From Porphyridium purpureum (taxonomy: Eukaryota), in assembly GCA_008690995.1 (NCBI GenBank), contig VRMN01000001.1:2418001-2482000 (forward strand): a DNA stretch of 64,000 nt, read 5' to 3'. Within the stretch, counting starts at the first letter, position 1, and every line of letters starts with the position of its first letter. The position numbers and the translations under genes were made by a program. Of the stretch, positions 52,960 through 63,759 are shown one piece after another. Under the pieces are notes generated by a model. It was not told the DNA's origin. It worked only from the letters and a program-made list of their open reading frames with translations, and did no database searches.

Positions 52960-53951
52960 AGTATGACCCTCTTGTGTGAGTCAATGTGATTTTAATGACA
53001 GTAATTATCCCCTGGTAAGTCTACACAAACCAACCTCAGTAGTATCATTAAACAAACTGTGTTCTCCAGACCCCATCACTTACGGGCAAGCTGGCATTGA
53101 TGCGCTAGCTCGACGTGCTCGTTGTGGTTATTTTGGTCGTTGTGTCAGCTTGTTGATTGGACACCATCGTATTCTTCTTGGTTTGTTGCATTGTGAACCT
53201 GCGTGCCGTGCCAAAGGTGGTGCCTATCATTTGGTCTCTTGGAGACATTGGCGGTAAAGCCGGGGTGCCGGTGGCGTTTTGCAAGGCGATGAGCTGCACG
53301 CGTGCTTCCGCCACTTCTGTCTTCCTACTGGTAAGAATGTCTGGTCGCGGTGAAAATTTGCGCTCCCACGGCCCTCCAAGACTGCTTATCTCGCGAATCT
53401 GTGACTCGCGCACTTTCCGCTTGGCCACTTGACCTGCCCAAATTTCTGACAGCTCTGGCACTGCCACAAGGTCACAGCTGGACTGGCGCGTCATGCACGA
53501 TGACCTGCTGCTTGCGCGCGACGACGCGACAGAGATGGGGCAGTTCATGCCCATGTTCAAGTTCTGAGGCTGGATTCCGGGCACCATGTACTTGTCACCA
53601 CACTTTTTTAGACGTCGACGCCACTGCTCGCACTTGTTCGGCTCCCGGGCGGGTACGCGGTAGGTTCCTTTACCTCAAGCCCATTGATATAGGCGCATGT
53701 TCCCCAACCTTTGAGCAATGCATCAAAGCGTTGCGAGCAGCATGTGCGCAATATCGGGTGAAATTCACCGCCTTGCAAACTGCAAAGGCAGCATCCGACT
53801 CGGATTGTTTGTCACATCATTTCCAAAGCGGCCAGCTGTGGCCGTGAGCGTGGTGTCGTGCTCACTGTGCGTTGATCGCCGAATCTCGGCGACCTAAGCG
53901 CGGAATAGCCACTCCGCCGAGCACGTGCTTCGCAGAATGCAAGTTGCTGAT

Positions 53952-54086
53952 CCTGCTGATTCTGCTGTTCCTGCTGTTCCTGGTGTTCCTGGTGTTCCTG
54001 GTGTTCCTGGTGTTCCTGGTGTTCCTGGTGTTCCTGGTGTTCCTGGTGTTCCTGGTGTTCCTGCTGTTCCTGGTGTTCCTGCTGCT
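53952..54086. repeat. 9-bp minisatellite CCTGGTGTT (9 perfect copies 53979-54059, ~15 units including variants)
   Basis: Seen directly. Reads (QEH)n or (GTP)n on the - strand and (PGV)n on the + strand. Confidence 0.95.
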
Positions 54087-54262
54087 GCGGCGGCTGCGGC
54101 TGTTGCGGCTGTTGCAGCGATTGTGGCTGCTGATGCGGCACGATGTCTCGCAGGATCGAACTCCGGCCTTCTACCTGAAAACAAAGAAATCGTGCACCCA
54201 CCACCGCACTGTACTTTTGTGGAGGTACAGCGGCGACCGTAACGTGTACACCCGCGTGCGCG

Positions 54263-54619
54263 TTATCCGGATTTGTTGACAGAAGGCTTGTCGAGGTACC
54301 CGCGTTTCCGCTTGCGCTCCGCATGCGCCATCGTATCCAGGCCGTCCACGTCGCAGTAAGGGTCGCACGCAGCCGCCACGCACGACACTGAGGACGTGAT
54401 GCTTGAGCTGGGTAACACCAGGTTTGTGGACGCGCCCACTGCGGCCGCATCGATGCCCGTATCGCTTGCCGCAGAAGGCGCGCTGGCATCCTGAAACAGT
54501 CCTGGAGGGTCGCTGACCAGCAGTCCAAAGCTCCCAGTGCTTCTGCGCGGCGTCGGGGCGTGCTCCTTGTGGAAGCACGTGCGCGGCACAAAGGTGCGCG
54601 ACCTTGACTGCCTCTCCAT
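54263..54619 (-). CDS. Putative small protein, family B copy 1 (118 aa)
   Basis: MERQSRSRTFVPRTCFHKEHAPTP...; TATAAA (- strand) at 54763-54768; paralogues at 56123 and 58613. Confidence 0.55.
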   Translation of the reverse strand: MERQSRSRTFVPRTCFHKEHAPTPRRSTGSFGLLVSDPPGLFQDASAPSAASDTGIDAAAVGASTNLVLPSSSITSSVSCVAAACDPYCDVDGLDTMAHAERKRKRGYLDKPSVNKSG

Positions 54620-55742
54620 CTCTGTTCTCTCACGTCTCTGTGCGGAACGTTCTGCCGGCTTGTTCGTCTCTCTTCTCGGCTAGCTTGCTGTCGCCGTCCT
54701 CCCCCATCCTCTGTTCGGAGCATAGGTTATGACCATTACGCTGCGCCCGCTCGCGTACTAGATTTATACAGTCTGTCCTTGTGCGGTCGATCTCTACCTG
54801 CGACAATGCGCCAAGACGGACATCCTGCACAACCCTGACCTTTCTGTATCACGTGCGATCCTCTTGTTTGCACACTTCCATGTAAGTGCGGCACCGCCAT
54901 GTGGTCGCAGGACTGCCACACAATTCTGTCGCACCGAGCACACTTTGCGCGGCACAGCAATGTGCTGCGCGACCAGGACGCGTGCCAACAAGCCGTTCGC
55001 TGGCTATTCCTCATGCTCAACGGCTCCAAAAAGACACTTCCTCGCAAAGCAGTGCCATTCGTGAGGGTCAAAAGCTGGCCGTCAGGGTCATCGTTGACAC
55101 TTTCGTGTTACATTCTCGTTCCTCGATGCCCCGCAACGATCCATGGGAAAATTTTCCGCATAAATCATGACAACTGATGGGCGGAATTTCCACTGTCACT
55201 GGCTCGTCATCGGATTTATTACTATGCTGGCTTGCTGTGGTCTCTGGCACATGGACTTTCATACACGCACCCGTGCGCCGAATCGATCTTTACTCAGATG
55301 CTTAATTCTGTGGTCGAGTTCGGTGTGCTACGAGAATATGGCAAGCGCCACACACGGCACATGACGCATGGCACAGGCTTTACAGACTCACCATGACGCT
55401 GTCTACCCATCCGTCGTTGTCGGTGCGCTTCAGCTGCGTGAAAGCGTCATTCGATGACAGGCCATGCGTCCGATCATGCATCGTCTTTCCTGGACTGGCC
55501 TTGTCTGTGCCACGCGGGTTCTTCGCCCCGTCCTTCGTACCTTGACACGAGCAGGACATGTGGGGCACAGTCCAATGATTTTGGCGACGGCTGCAAGGTC
55601 CTCTCCACACATACAAGGTCGAGTCGTGAAGGAGCTAGACGTTTTGAGACTCATACGGGCCAGTCTTGCAATTCAAGGGGATAGACTTCATTTAAATTGA
55701 GCTCTCTTATCAACGACGCGGCCATTTCTATTCGATTCGCGC

Positions 55743-56123
55743 TCAGTCGAGGCGGTGAAAGTCTTGGTACAGCCCCTGCTCCGCTCGCGCGTGCTTTCCC
55801 CGCCGCGTTGCGCACGTGACGAAACCCCTCCAGTCATGCAGGGTGAACAGTAGACTACATGTAGTCTCCAAGAAAGCCACGACTCTTTGTATTCTTGACG
55901 CTTGCGTACTCATCAACGTGTGCACTTGAAACTGTGTGGCACCCAAGGGGTCGGGGCAGATCGCATTGACTCTGAATGGGACCTTCAGCAAGTCGTGGGA
56001 AAAGATTGGCGCACCAGCCGGCGGAGTATCCGGTGTATCGGTGCGGCCATGCGGTGAGGGTGCGTGTTCCCTTTCGCGTTTCCTGCGCGGCACAAACGTG
56101 CGCGACCTTGACTGCCTCTCCAT
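55743..56123 (-). CDS. Putative small protein, family B copy 2 (126 aa)
   Basis: MERQSRSRTFVPRRKREREHAPSP...; 48/49 nt identical to copy 1 around the ATG; ATATAA at 56234-56239. Confidence 0.55.
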   Translation of the reverse strand: MERQSRSRTFVPRRKREREHAPSPHGRTDTPDTPPAGAPIFSHDLLKVPFRVNAICPDPLGATQFQVHTLMSTQASRIQRVVAFLETTCSLLFTLHDWRGFVTCATRRGKHARAEQGLYQDFHRLD

Positions 56124-58398
56124 CTCTGTTCTTTCTCGCTCCTGATGATTTGGATATTGTTTCCTTCTTTGTTTGTGTCCATTTCGCCGCGGCCTCTTGC
56201 TCGTAGAGACCGGAGGGCGCGGAACGCCAACCCTTATATGGTCGGAGCCGCTACATGTGAGCTGACCTTTCCTTGTAGGCATGCCCGCCTCTTGCGTGAA
56301 ACCGATATACAGAAGAGATGTGAAACCTTTGCAATCCTTACGTGTGCGGGTTCGTCCGACTGACAACGAAAGCCACAAGATGTGCCAGTGTCCCTCACAT
56401 TTGAAACACGAAAACAATGCCGCACCGCCTTCACGCCGCTCGATGCTGAGGATTCTCCGGCGCTCCATGAGAAAACCGATGTACACACGTTCGAAGTATC
56501 GTTGATTCTGCTACTGTAAAGAAAGGTCACGCGCTGAGCGAGAGGTGCCAGCCCGCTCAAAACGTGCAAGCTCGTCGGCACGCCTCGCGAACAAGTGCCA
56601 ACAGAGCGACATCGAATGACTCACTTGTGCGACGACTTTCTACCACGCTGAGCGCAAAGCACCTTCGTTGGTGGCATGTTATCGTGCGTTAGCTCTGATG
56701 GCGGTCTCGTGCACCCTGGTTGACAATAAGTTGACAGCAACGACGGCAAGTGCAACTTGTGGCAACCGCAGATGACGCATCAGAGCAATGTAGCCCTACG
56801 AGGTCCAAGTCAAGCGACACTTGTGCACGCCGTTCTCTGGCAAGCAGGATGTGGGCGTCGGATTGTCCGTCTCTGATATAACATTGCTGCGTTGATAGTT
56901 CTCGCAGAGAAGTCCTAACGCAGCGATGCCTCGTGACTTACCAGCGTAACCGAATCCGGGCAGTTCCGCAATAATGCACATGTTGGCGGACGCTGGTTGA
57001 GATTTCTGGCGAAAAAAGGTCACTTAAAGTGGAATATCCAGCTTCACACTTCGAATACATCTGGCAGACAGGGGGTCTACAGAGCTGTGGTTCAAAGAGA
57101 ATTTATCAAAATGGATTGATCCAACAAGGCCACGCGACTCGCTGAGGCAACGTGACGCTGTGGCAATGTGACTAGACGACACACCAATCAATAAAGTGGG
57201 GCGAACAGGCTAGTATCTACTTGTGCTCGATGGCGCGGTCGTCGAGCATTCGACACGACACATCTGGACAGAAAAGCAGGCGTGGAGAGAGCGCATCGAG
57301 GTGGCCGTCCAAATCGGCTGGGAGGACGGGAGACAGATGGAGTCCATGGTTCAAGACTAGAAGTGGAAATGAGAAGACACTGTTTCAGCAGGTTATCTAT
57401 CTCGGCGCAAGATGAACGACTCTGCTTGCTCTCTGGTGACGGCGCCAAAGATACGATCGTGGACCGATGCCAAGGCCGAAACCGTTTGTCTTCTGCTGAC
57501 CACGGTGAAGTCAGCCGTGGAGTATAATTTAGATCTTTGTACGGCCTAAATTTGGTGATCACGAGAACAACTAGCAGCGCACAAGCCCCTCAAGTGCTGC
57601 TCGTCCGCGACCGGAGCCTCGCACTTTGGAGCTAACCCCCGCCTTGCCGTCGACCTTGGCGCGCAGCAGTTTCACAGAAAGATATCTTGGCGTTCGCGCG
57701 GTCGTGTATCGCTTCTTTATGGTATTCTGTAACACCAGTCAGGTCGTTCCGGTTGCCGTCTTTCGATGCGCAAACGGTGAGATACGAATAACTATCGCCT
57801 CTCTTTCTCAATGTCCAGCAGCGAGTCCAGATTCTTGGAGCTTCCAAGCAACCTCTCGGTATGGCATGGATGCATGTCCGAATTTGCTCAAAACGAACCA
57901 AGCCTGGGTACGGTATGCAGACCATGCACACGTGCTCGCGGCCACCCATGAGCTTCATGCATTTTTTGGCGTCCAAGAAGAGCACGATGCGCCGCCCGTA
58001 CCGTCGTCGAGACGGCGCTGCTTGCAAATTGAGCGGATCGAAGCTTGCGCTTGGGACGAGGTCGGGGCGCAAAGCGGATTGACATCATGCAGCTGTAATA
58101 CAGCGCGCTCTGTACGTGCACAAACAGGAGTGAAAGCCCGCTCGGCATCACCCTAATTTTGCATATGAGTTCGGAGGAACAATGTCCGTCTGGCTACGGC
58201 TTGCTTCGGCCGTGAGCCGAATGCGGCTGGAAAGGAAAGAGATCTCGTGGTCGTGAGTTGAGCGGACGAAACAAACCTCTCGTCCGAGCTCCATGTTCAC
58301 AGTCATGCTTTCTCTGGGGCTTTTGTTGCGCGGTACGATCCACTACAGTCTTGCCACAGATCGAATTGGGCAAGCTCCTCATGCAGGCGACCGAAAAA

Positions 58399-58613
58399 CT
58401 AGCGGACGGGTCCTCTTTGAAGCGGCATGTCTTCTGAACCAAGAATTCCACTCGCAAAGTCTTTGCCCGTCAATGTTTGCGGGTCCAAAGATTTACGTCT
58501 ATCGATGAGCATGGGAGTCAGCGCTTTCGTACTCCGGTGCGGTGCGACGGCGCATTCTCCTTGTCGAAGCGTTCCCGTGGCAGAAATGTCCGCAAGTTTG
58601 GAATTCTTTCCAT
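58399..58613 (-). pseudogene. Family B copy 3, frameshifted
   Basis: MERIPNLRTFLPRERFDKENAPS then a 2-nt insertion. The original frame stops at 58518-58520, while the shifted frame continues PHRST.. like copy 1 PRRST... TATAAAA at 58768-58774. Confidence 0.5.
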
Positions 58614-60714
58614 CTCTGGTCTGCATCGCGTACCACGAGTGACTCTGAACGTGGACATTCCCGACTACGTCTGCTGTTCTTGCCATCCTCATTGAACTCG
58701 GGTCCCTACTGCGCTCGACAAAGAAGCCATGCCTTCTCATAGCTGTCACACGCTAACATGTTCGTGCTTTTATAATCGAACTCGATTGGTTTGGTCCATG
58801 CGATACATTCTTCGGAGTCCGATGGTATTGCCCCCGTCATACTCACTTTTTTCAGATACTTTGCGTACCGGGCAAAATACCTTGTCACGCGAACGTGACT
58901 AGTCCCTTGCGACGGCCATGGTTTGCGCGCAATGTCAGGGTCGTGGGCACGGTCGACACCGCTGCCTCGAGCGTGCGCTTTGCAGGACTTATTCAGGACC
59001 GTCAATGCAGGCGCTTGATTCTTCTTGAGCAACGCCTGCAGCGCGCCACGTCGGATTTTTGTCACTAACGGTAGATCTTGTGCGAACATCAAGCCTGTCG
59101 GAGCGGGATGCGTTTTAGATGACGTCTTTCTCGACCGCACGGATTGGATTCGCGCCTGATACGGGACCGCTGAGTGCATCGACGCGCCTTGCAGGTCATA
59201 ATTTTTGGCGGCGGCATGCCGTCTGACCTGGTCATAGCTTGACGTGCGCTCCGCGTGGTTGCGCAGTCACATGAGAACCCCCGCGTGGTCGTCCAGTCAA
59301 ATTAGAACTGCGCATAGCATTAGAGTCGTACCAGCTTCCTCACCACGTTGTGCGAAGTCCAACTTTCTGGGTTTCGTCGACTTTCACACAGCGAATACCT
59401 GTCAAACGCTGCGGAAGCCAGGGGATAGCAACTCAAGGGGTGTCATTTACTGAAATTGTCGCCAGACATCCAAAGCGTGAGCCACCACGTCGAAATGCCC
59501 ATCCTACCGCTGTCAACGCCCACCATGTTGCAACACAGTGAATGGATCGCTCCACGGCATGATATAAACGACCAGATTCAAACCACAATGCTGCTGGCGC
59601 GCGTTCCGTTCACGAGCTTGGCCGCCAAACCTCATGCACCAGCGCGCTACCACCAAGCCACGGTTCTGTCCTCCGCACCGACGCCCAAACCCCGAACCGG
59701 CGTTCATTTCACGGACATGCCCAGTACAGTTTCAACAGTACCTCAGCGCACTCTTCCCAAATAGAGACGCTCCTCATTCTCGTTTCTACTGCGGCCCGAC
59801 CCATTACTTGAGGAATTCCCCCTTTGCTCTTCTGTGTTTTGCGCACACACCTCGTGCTACGTGACTTTAAGGGGCTGCTTGCGCGATCGTGGCCTTTCGT
59901 GCACTTTTGAGCCTGCGTCAGCGTGCAACCACGTCTGCCTAATTCACATTGAGTTCGTCTGAACGCCCTGTGTAAATGAATGATGCGGAATTGGATCGTC
60001 ATCTTGCACGCGCCTTGTTTTTGCACGCATGTCTGTGTCTCTCCCGCATCATGTTCCTTTTCGAAGACCCAGCATCGATACCGCCGCTTGTAGAAAAGGG
60101 TCCAATAATCATTGAGCATGCGTGTGATGAATGGATGCAACGCGCGTGCATCGGCGCATACAGTGCACACCCCCCCTCGAAAACGCACTGCCACAGCACA
60201 AACTGTAAAGCGCCGAAAGCCCGCATACGCACACACACTTCAAGCGTGTGGGCGTGTCTTCTGTATGAGGTAAAGGGTCCAAGGGGTGGGGAAGGGTGGC
60301 TGGCGCGTTGGGTAAGGTGGCGAGTATGTTTTAGTAGGTCATATTGGTTGGTTGGGTAGAAGGAGTATCGTCAAGGGTTTGGGGGTGGGGCGCTATTGCC
60401 AAACGGTGCTGCTACTCTGTATGAGAGAGTGTGTGTCTGTGTTTGGGGGTGTGGGGTTTGGCGTGTATGAAAGGTTGCAGTTTGATGATGATAGGAAGGA
60501 CCAGAAGAAGACAGAGTGGGACGAATGAGATAGGAATAGAGGTGGGAGAGTGAGAGAGAAGGGGATGTGCGAGGCGGGATCGGAGAGTGACGACGCACGC
60601 GCGCGCGGGTAGGGTGGGGGTGGTGCCGCGCATGAGAAGAGGACTGCGCGGACGCGGGAACAGGACGGTGCGGAGTTTGGCGCGCGCCGTCCACCTCGCG
60701 CGGCGGCGCCTGCA

Positions 60715-62739
60715 ATGTTAGGGGGTGGCTCCCACGCAGAGTCGGCACACGTGGAAGCAGCAGCGGCGCGGAACGGGCTGGGCGGATGTCATGTAGTGGA
60801 CCATATTTCAGTGATTCGAAGTGACGGTGACGAAAGCACATACCCGCCAAGGAGCGAGCCGGACGACAGCGCACACTCGCCGGCCGGGGTGCGCAGCACG
60901 TCGCCGCCTTTTCGTCCCATGGAACAGCAGAAGCGAAAAGCACCTGAGGCACCCTTGCACTCATCCGAGCAGCTGCAGCAGCAGCAACACCCCGAGCGGG
61001 ACGGGAAGAAGAAAAAGAAGCAGACAAAGCAGCAGAACCAGGAGACAGAAAAGCAGAAGGCCACGCATGAGGCCCGCGCACCTGTGTCCGACTTGTCTGC
61101 GTCACGCGCCGGTGGCACCGAAGGTCTCGAGAAGTCGCGATTGCACACAAAGACAGATGGCGAAGATGGCGGCGGCCACCCGGACGGATCTCATCGCGCT
61201 ACGGATACAGCCAATGGCGGTGCGTCGGCAAAGGGTGCGGAAGAAAAGCTGTATCCATGCCCTCACTGTGATCGCAAGTTCAATAAGCGTACAAACATGG
61301 TAATTCACACGCGCAAGCACACAGGCGAAAAGCCGTACAAGTGCAGGAACCTTGGCTGCGGTCGTTCTTTTATGTGGAAGAGCAGTGCGAGCTTTCACGA
61401 GAACAGTTGCAACAAGCCGCGCCCGAACAGTTTGAATGAGAGGGACGCGTCAGAAGGTGGAGACAGAGAAATGCTTCCGTCCTTGATGAACGAAGGTCCT
61501 GGACATCCTGCCAGCTCGCATCGCGGCCAAAACCGGGTTGCATCTGGCGAGTCTTCGGCGGGAACGTATAATCATGCACCACAGGAAGTGGGCGTATTGC
61601 TCAAGAACGCGACCAGTCTGCTCTCGGCGAGCCGCGCTCAGGGTTTTGTTCGCGAGGGGCAAATGCACGTGGACGTATCAAGCGGAGGAACCCAGCAGGG
61701 TTCGGTCATGTTTCCGCCGTCGCTTGCGGACATGGTAGTGCGGCAGCAGCAGCAGCAGCAGCAGCTTCCACTGAGCGCCTCGCTTGGCCCGACCGGTGTC
61801 GCAGGCGGAGTCTTAAACGGAGTCTCACACGGATTTCCGACCGAACAATCCCAGTGGGCGAGGCCGCCCCGAAGTGCCCAACAGCAGCAACAACAACAAC
61901 AGCAACAAAAACAAAAACAACACCAACAAAAACAATAGGCACAACTGACAGGAAGCGCGGGGGTCGGACCATGGGGATATTCGAGCACAATGAATACCGG
62001 CCCGGGCTGGTCGTCATCGCCGAACAATAGCGGGATCAAACCAATTGAGTATTATGGTGCTCCCCCGTTCTCTCCAATGGTTCCACCGCCGAGACTGCCA
62101 TCCAAATTGGTTGCGCCTATGGAGCCGTGCCCGAGCTCTGCGACCAAGCCGGCGTCGTACTTTCAGCCGCTTCATCATGATGTGACTTCCGGCTTCGCTG
62201 TCGCAGCCGCGACAGACACCGCGCCGCAGGCACTCCCTGGCGTCGACGTATTTTCGCGCATGGTGGCTCAGGCTGGGCGGGAACGGATGAACGCGGGTTT
62301 AAATGCGGAAACCGGGGGAAATTATGCGATGCTTTCTACTGGTGTGCGAGTCTGGCAGCAGCAGCAAGCCCAAGGAGGAGAAAAAGGCCGTGTGGTTTTG
62401 CTGGACCTAGACCTCAATCTGGATTTGCAGCCAGCTGAGACGCAGCTGCCGCCCCGGCAGCAGATGCAAAGTCTTGCACATAGGCAATATCCCGTCCATC
62501 AGCAGATCTTGGGGGGTTCGACTGGCGGTGCCACACCGAGCGCGGCCGCACCAGCACTGAAGCATTTTGAAGTACTCCGCGCTCAGGGCGCAATGAACCC
62601 GTCGGAGTTTGGTGCCCTGACCGGAAACGGAGGCCGCAGCCCACTCGAACCTTTTACCCCATTCCCAGACAGTACTAGAGGCGCATCGGACCCAAGTGGT
62701 CTCATAAGATTTCACGGCGCGTCATCTCCACAGTTTTAG
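60715..62739 (+). CDS. C2H2 zinc-finger transcription factor interrupted by in-frame TAG at 61936-61938
   Basis: YPCPHCDRKF......LVIHTRKHTGEKPYKC...C..SF fingers with polyQ tracts (track reads NMVIHTRKH). ORFs 60715-61938 and 61990-62739 are in the same frame with only one TAG between them. Confidence 0.8.
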
Positions 62740-62773
62740 GCACGCGCGTGTGGATAAAAATTAGGTCAGCTGC

Positions 62774-63625
62774 TTATAAGTTCGGCGTAACTGCGCTGAA
62801 AAGGAACGAGCCCCCGGGTCCCAATCCGACCGGTGTCACACGCCCGGAGCCTCCTCCTCCTCCTCCTCCTCTTTCTCCTCCGAGGGATCTTCTCTTCGAC
62901 CCCGGCGTGGAAGAGTCGCGTGAGGGGGGTGCATCCTTTATTCGACTGGAGCATGCTCGGTCGGGGGTTTTGTTGGTCCGAATGTTCGATTCGCGGTGCT
63001 TCAGCCCCATCGCATGCATCGGAGTCGGCACAGGCGTTGATGCTGGACTCACGAGAGTTGCCGTAGAAGCGGGCTCCGTCAGGAACTTTCTGAAACCACA
63101 AACTTTGCACACTACCACAAGGGCTACGCTACGCGGAGCTCGCTGTTTCGGGACAACAACTCTCCTTCGCGCAGCGTTTTTCACGCGTTTACCCCCTCTC
63201 TGCCTGTGGCGTGTCGTGCTTCGTGTGTAGACGCGTATCGCATTCGGCGGTTGTGTTTGAAGCGCAAAACAGACCGTGCAAAACAGTTTGCGCACACCCG
63301 GTGCCAGAACCAATTTCGAATCGAACGGCGCCCCGGCCTCTGCCATCCTGCTCCGAAAAGTGGCGTCGGGCCCGTCACCGCCGGCAAGCCAAACGGGTCC
63401 GCCTCGATTCACGTCACGCGAGTATCCTCGTGCAGCCATGCGAATGCCCATGCTCACTCTCTGTGCTGCGAGCACGGCAGTCTCGCTGCCCTGTGGGTTA
63501 GGCGATCGTGTCGTTTTGGGATCGCTCAACGCTTCAGTCTGGTCCCAACCGCCAAGCAGCAGCTGCGCGCACTTTAGCGCGTGCTGCGCCGCGTCCAGTT
63601 CGGCACTTTTGACGCCTGTCTCCAT
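62774..63625 (-). CDS. RPP21: RNase P subunit Rpr2/Rpp21-like zinc-ribbon protein
   Basis: LAPGVRKLFCTVCFALQ...IRV...LVVVCKVCGFRKF two-CxxC pattern with a basic insertion. Confidence 0.62.
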   Translation of the reverse strand: METGVKSAELDAAQHALKCAQLLLGGWDQTEALSDPKTTRSPNPQGSETAVLAAQRVSMGIRMAARGYSRDVNRGGPVWLAGGDGPDATFRSRMAEAGAPFDSKLVLAPGVRKLFCTVCFALQTQPPNAIRVYTRSTTRHRQRGGKRVKNAARRRVVVPKQRAPRSVALVVVCKVCGFRKFLTEPASTATLVSPASTPVPTPMHAMGLKHRESNIRTNKTPDRACSSRIKDAPPSRDSSTPGSKRRSLGGERGGGGGGGSGRVTPVGLGPGGSFLFSAVTPNL

Positions 63626-63759
63626 TCTTTCCTCGCCACCTGCGCCGTCAGTCAGGGCGAAATTGAAACAACTCCTGTTCGGCGCGAGTAATCATTCGCC
63701 ACATCTCCAGGAAGGACGCTCGTGTGTCTTTGCTTGATGGATTGTCTTTGCCGAACGTA

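Noticed and set aside
53105..53587. 160-aa - strand ORF
   Set aside because: Plausible low-complexity coding sequence but no motif, paralogue or promoter evidence.
53952..54086. CRISPR-like array
   Set aside because: No unique spacers, no cas genes, eukaryotic context.
53894..54242. Collagen/elastin-like (GTP)n and (PGV)n readings of the 9-bp repeat
   Set aside because: Automatic consequence of a 9-bp unit; no signal peptide or supporting context.
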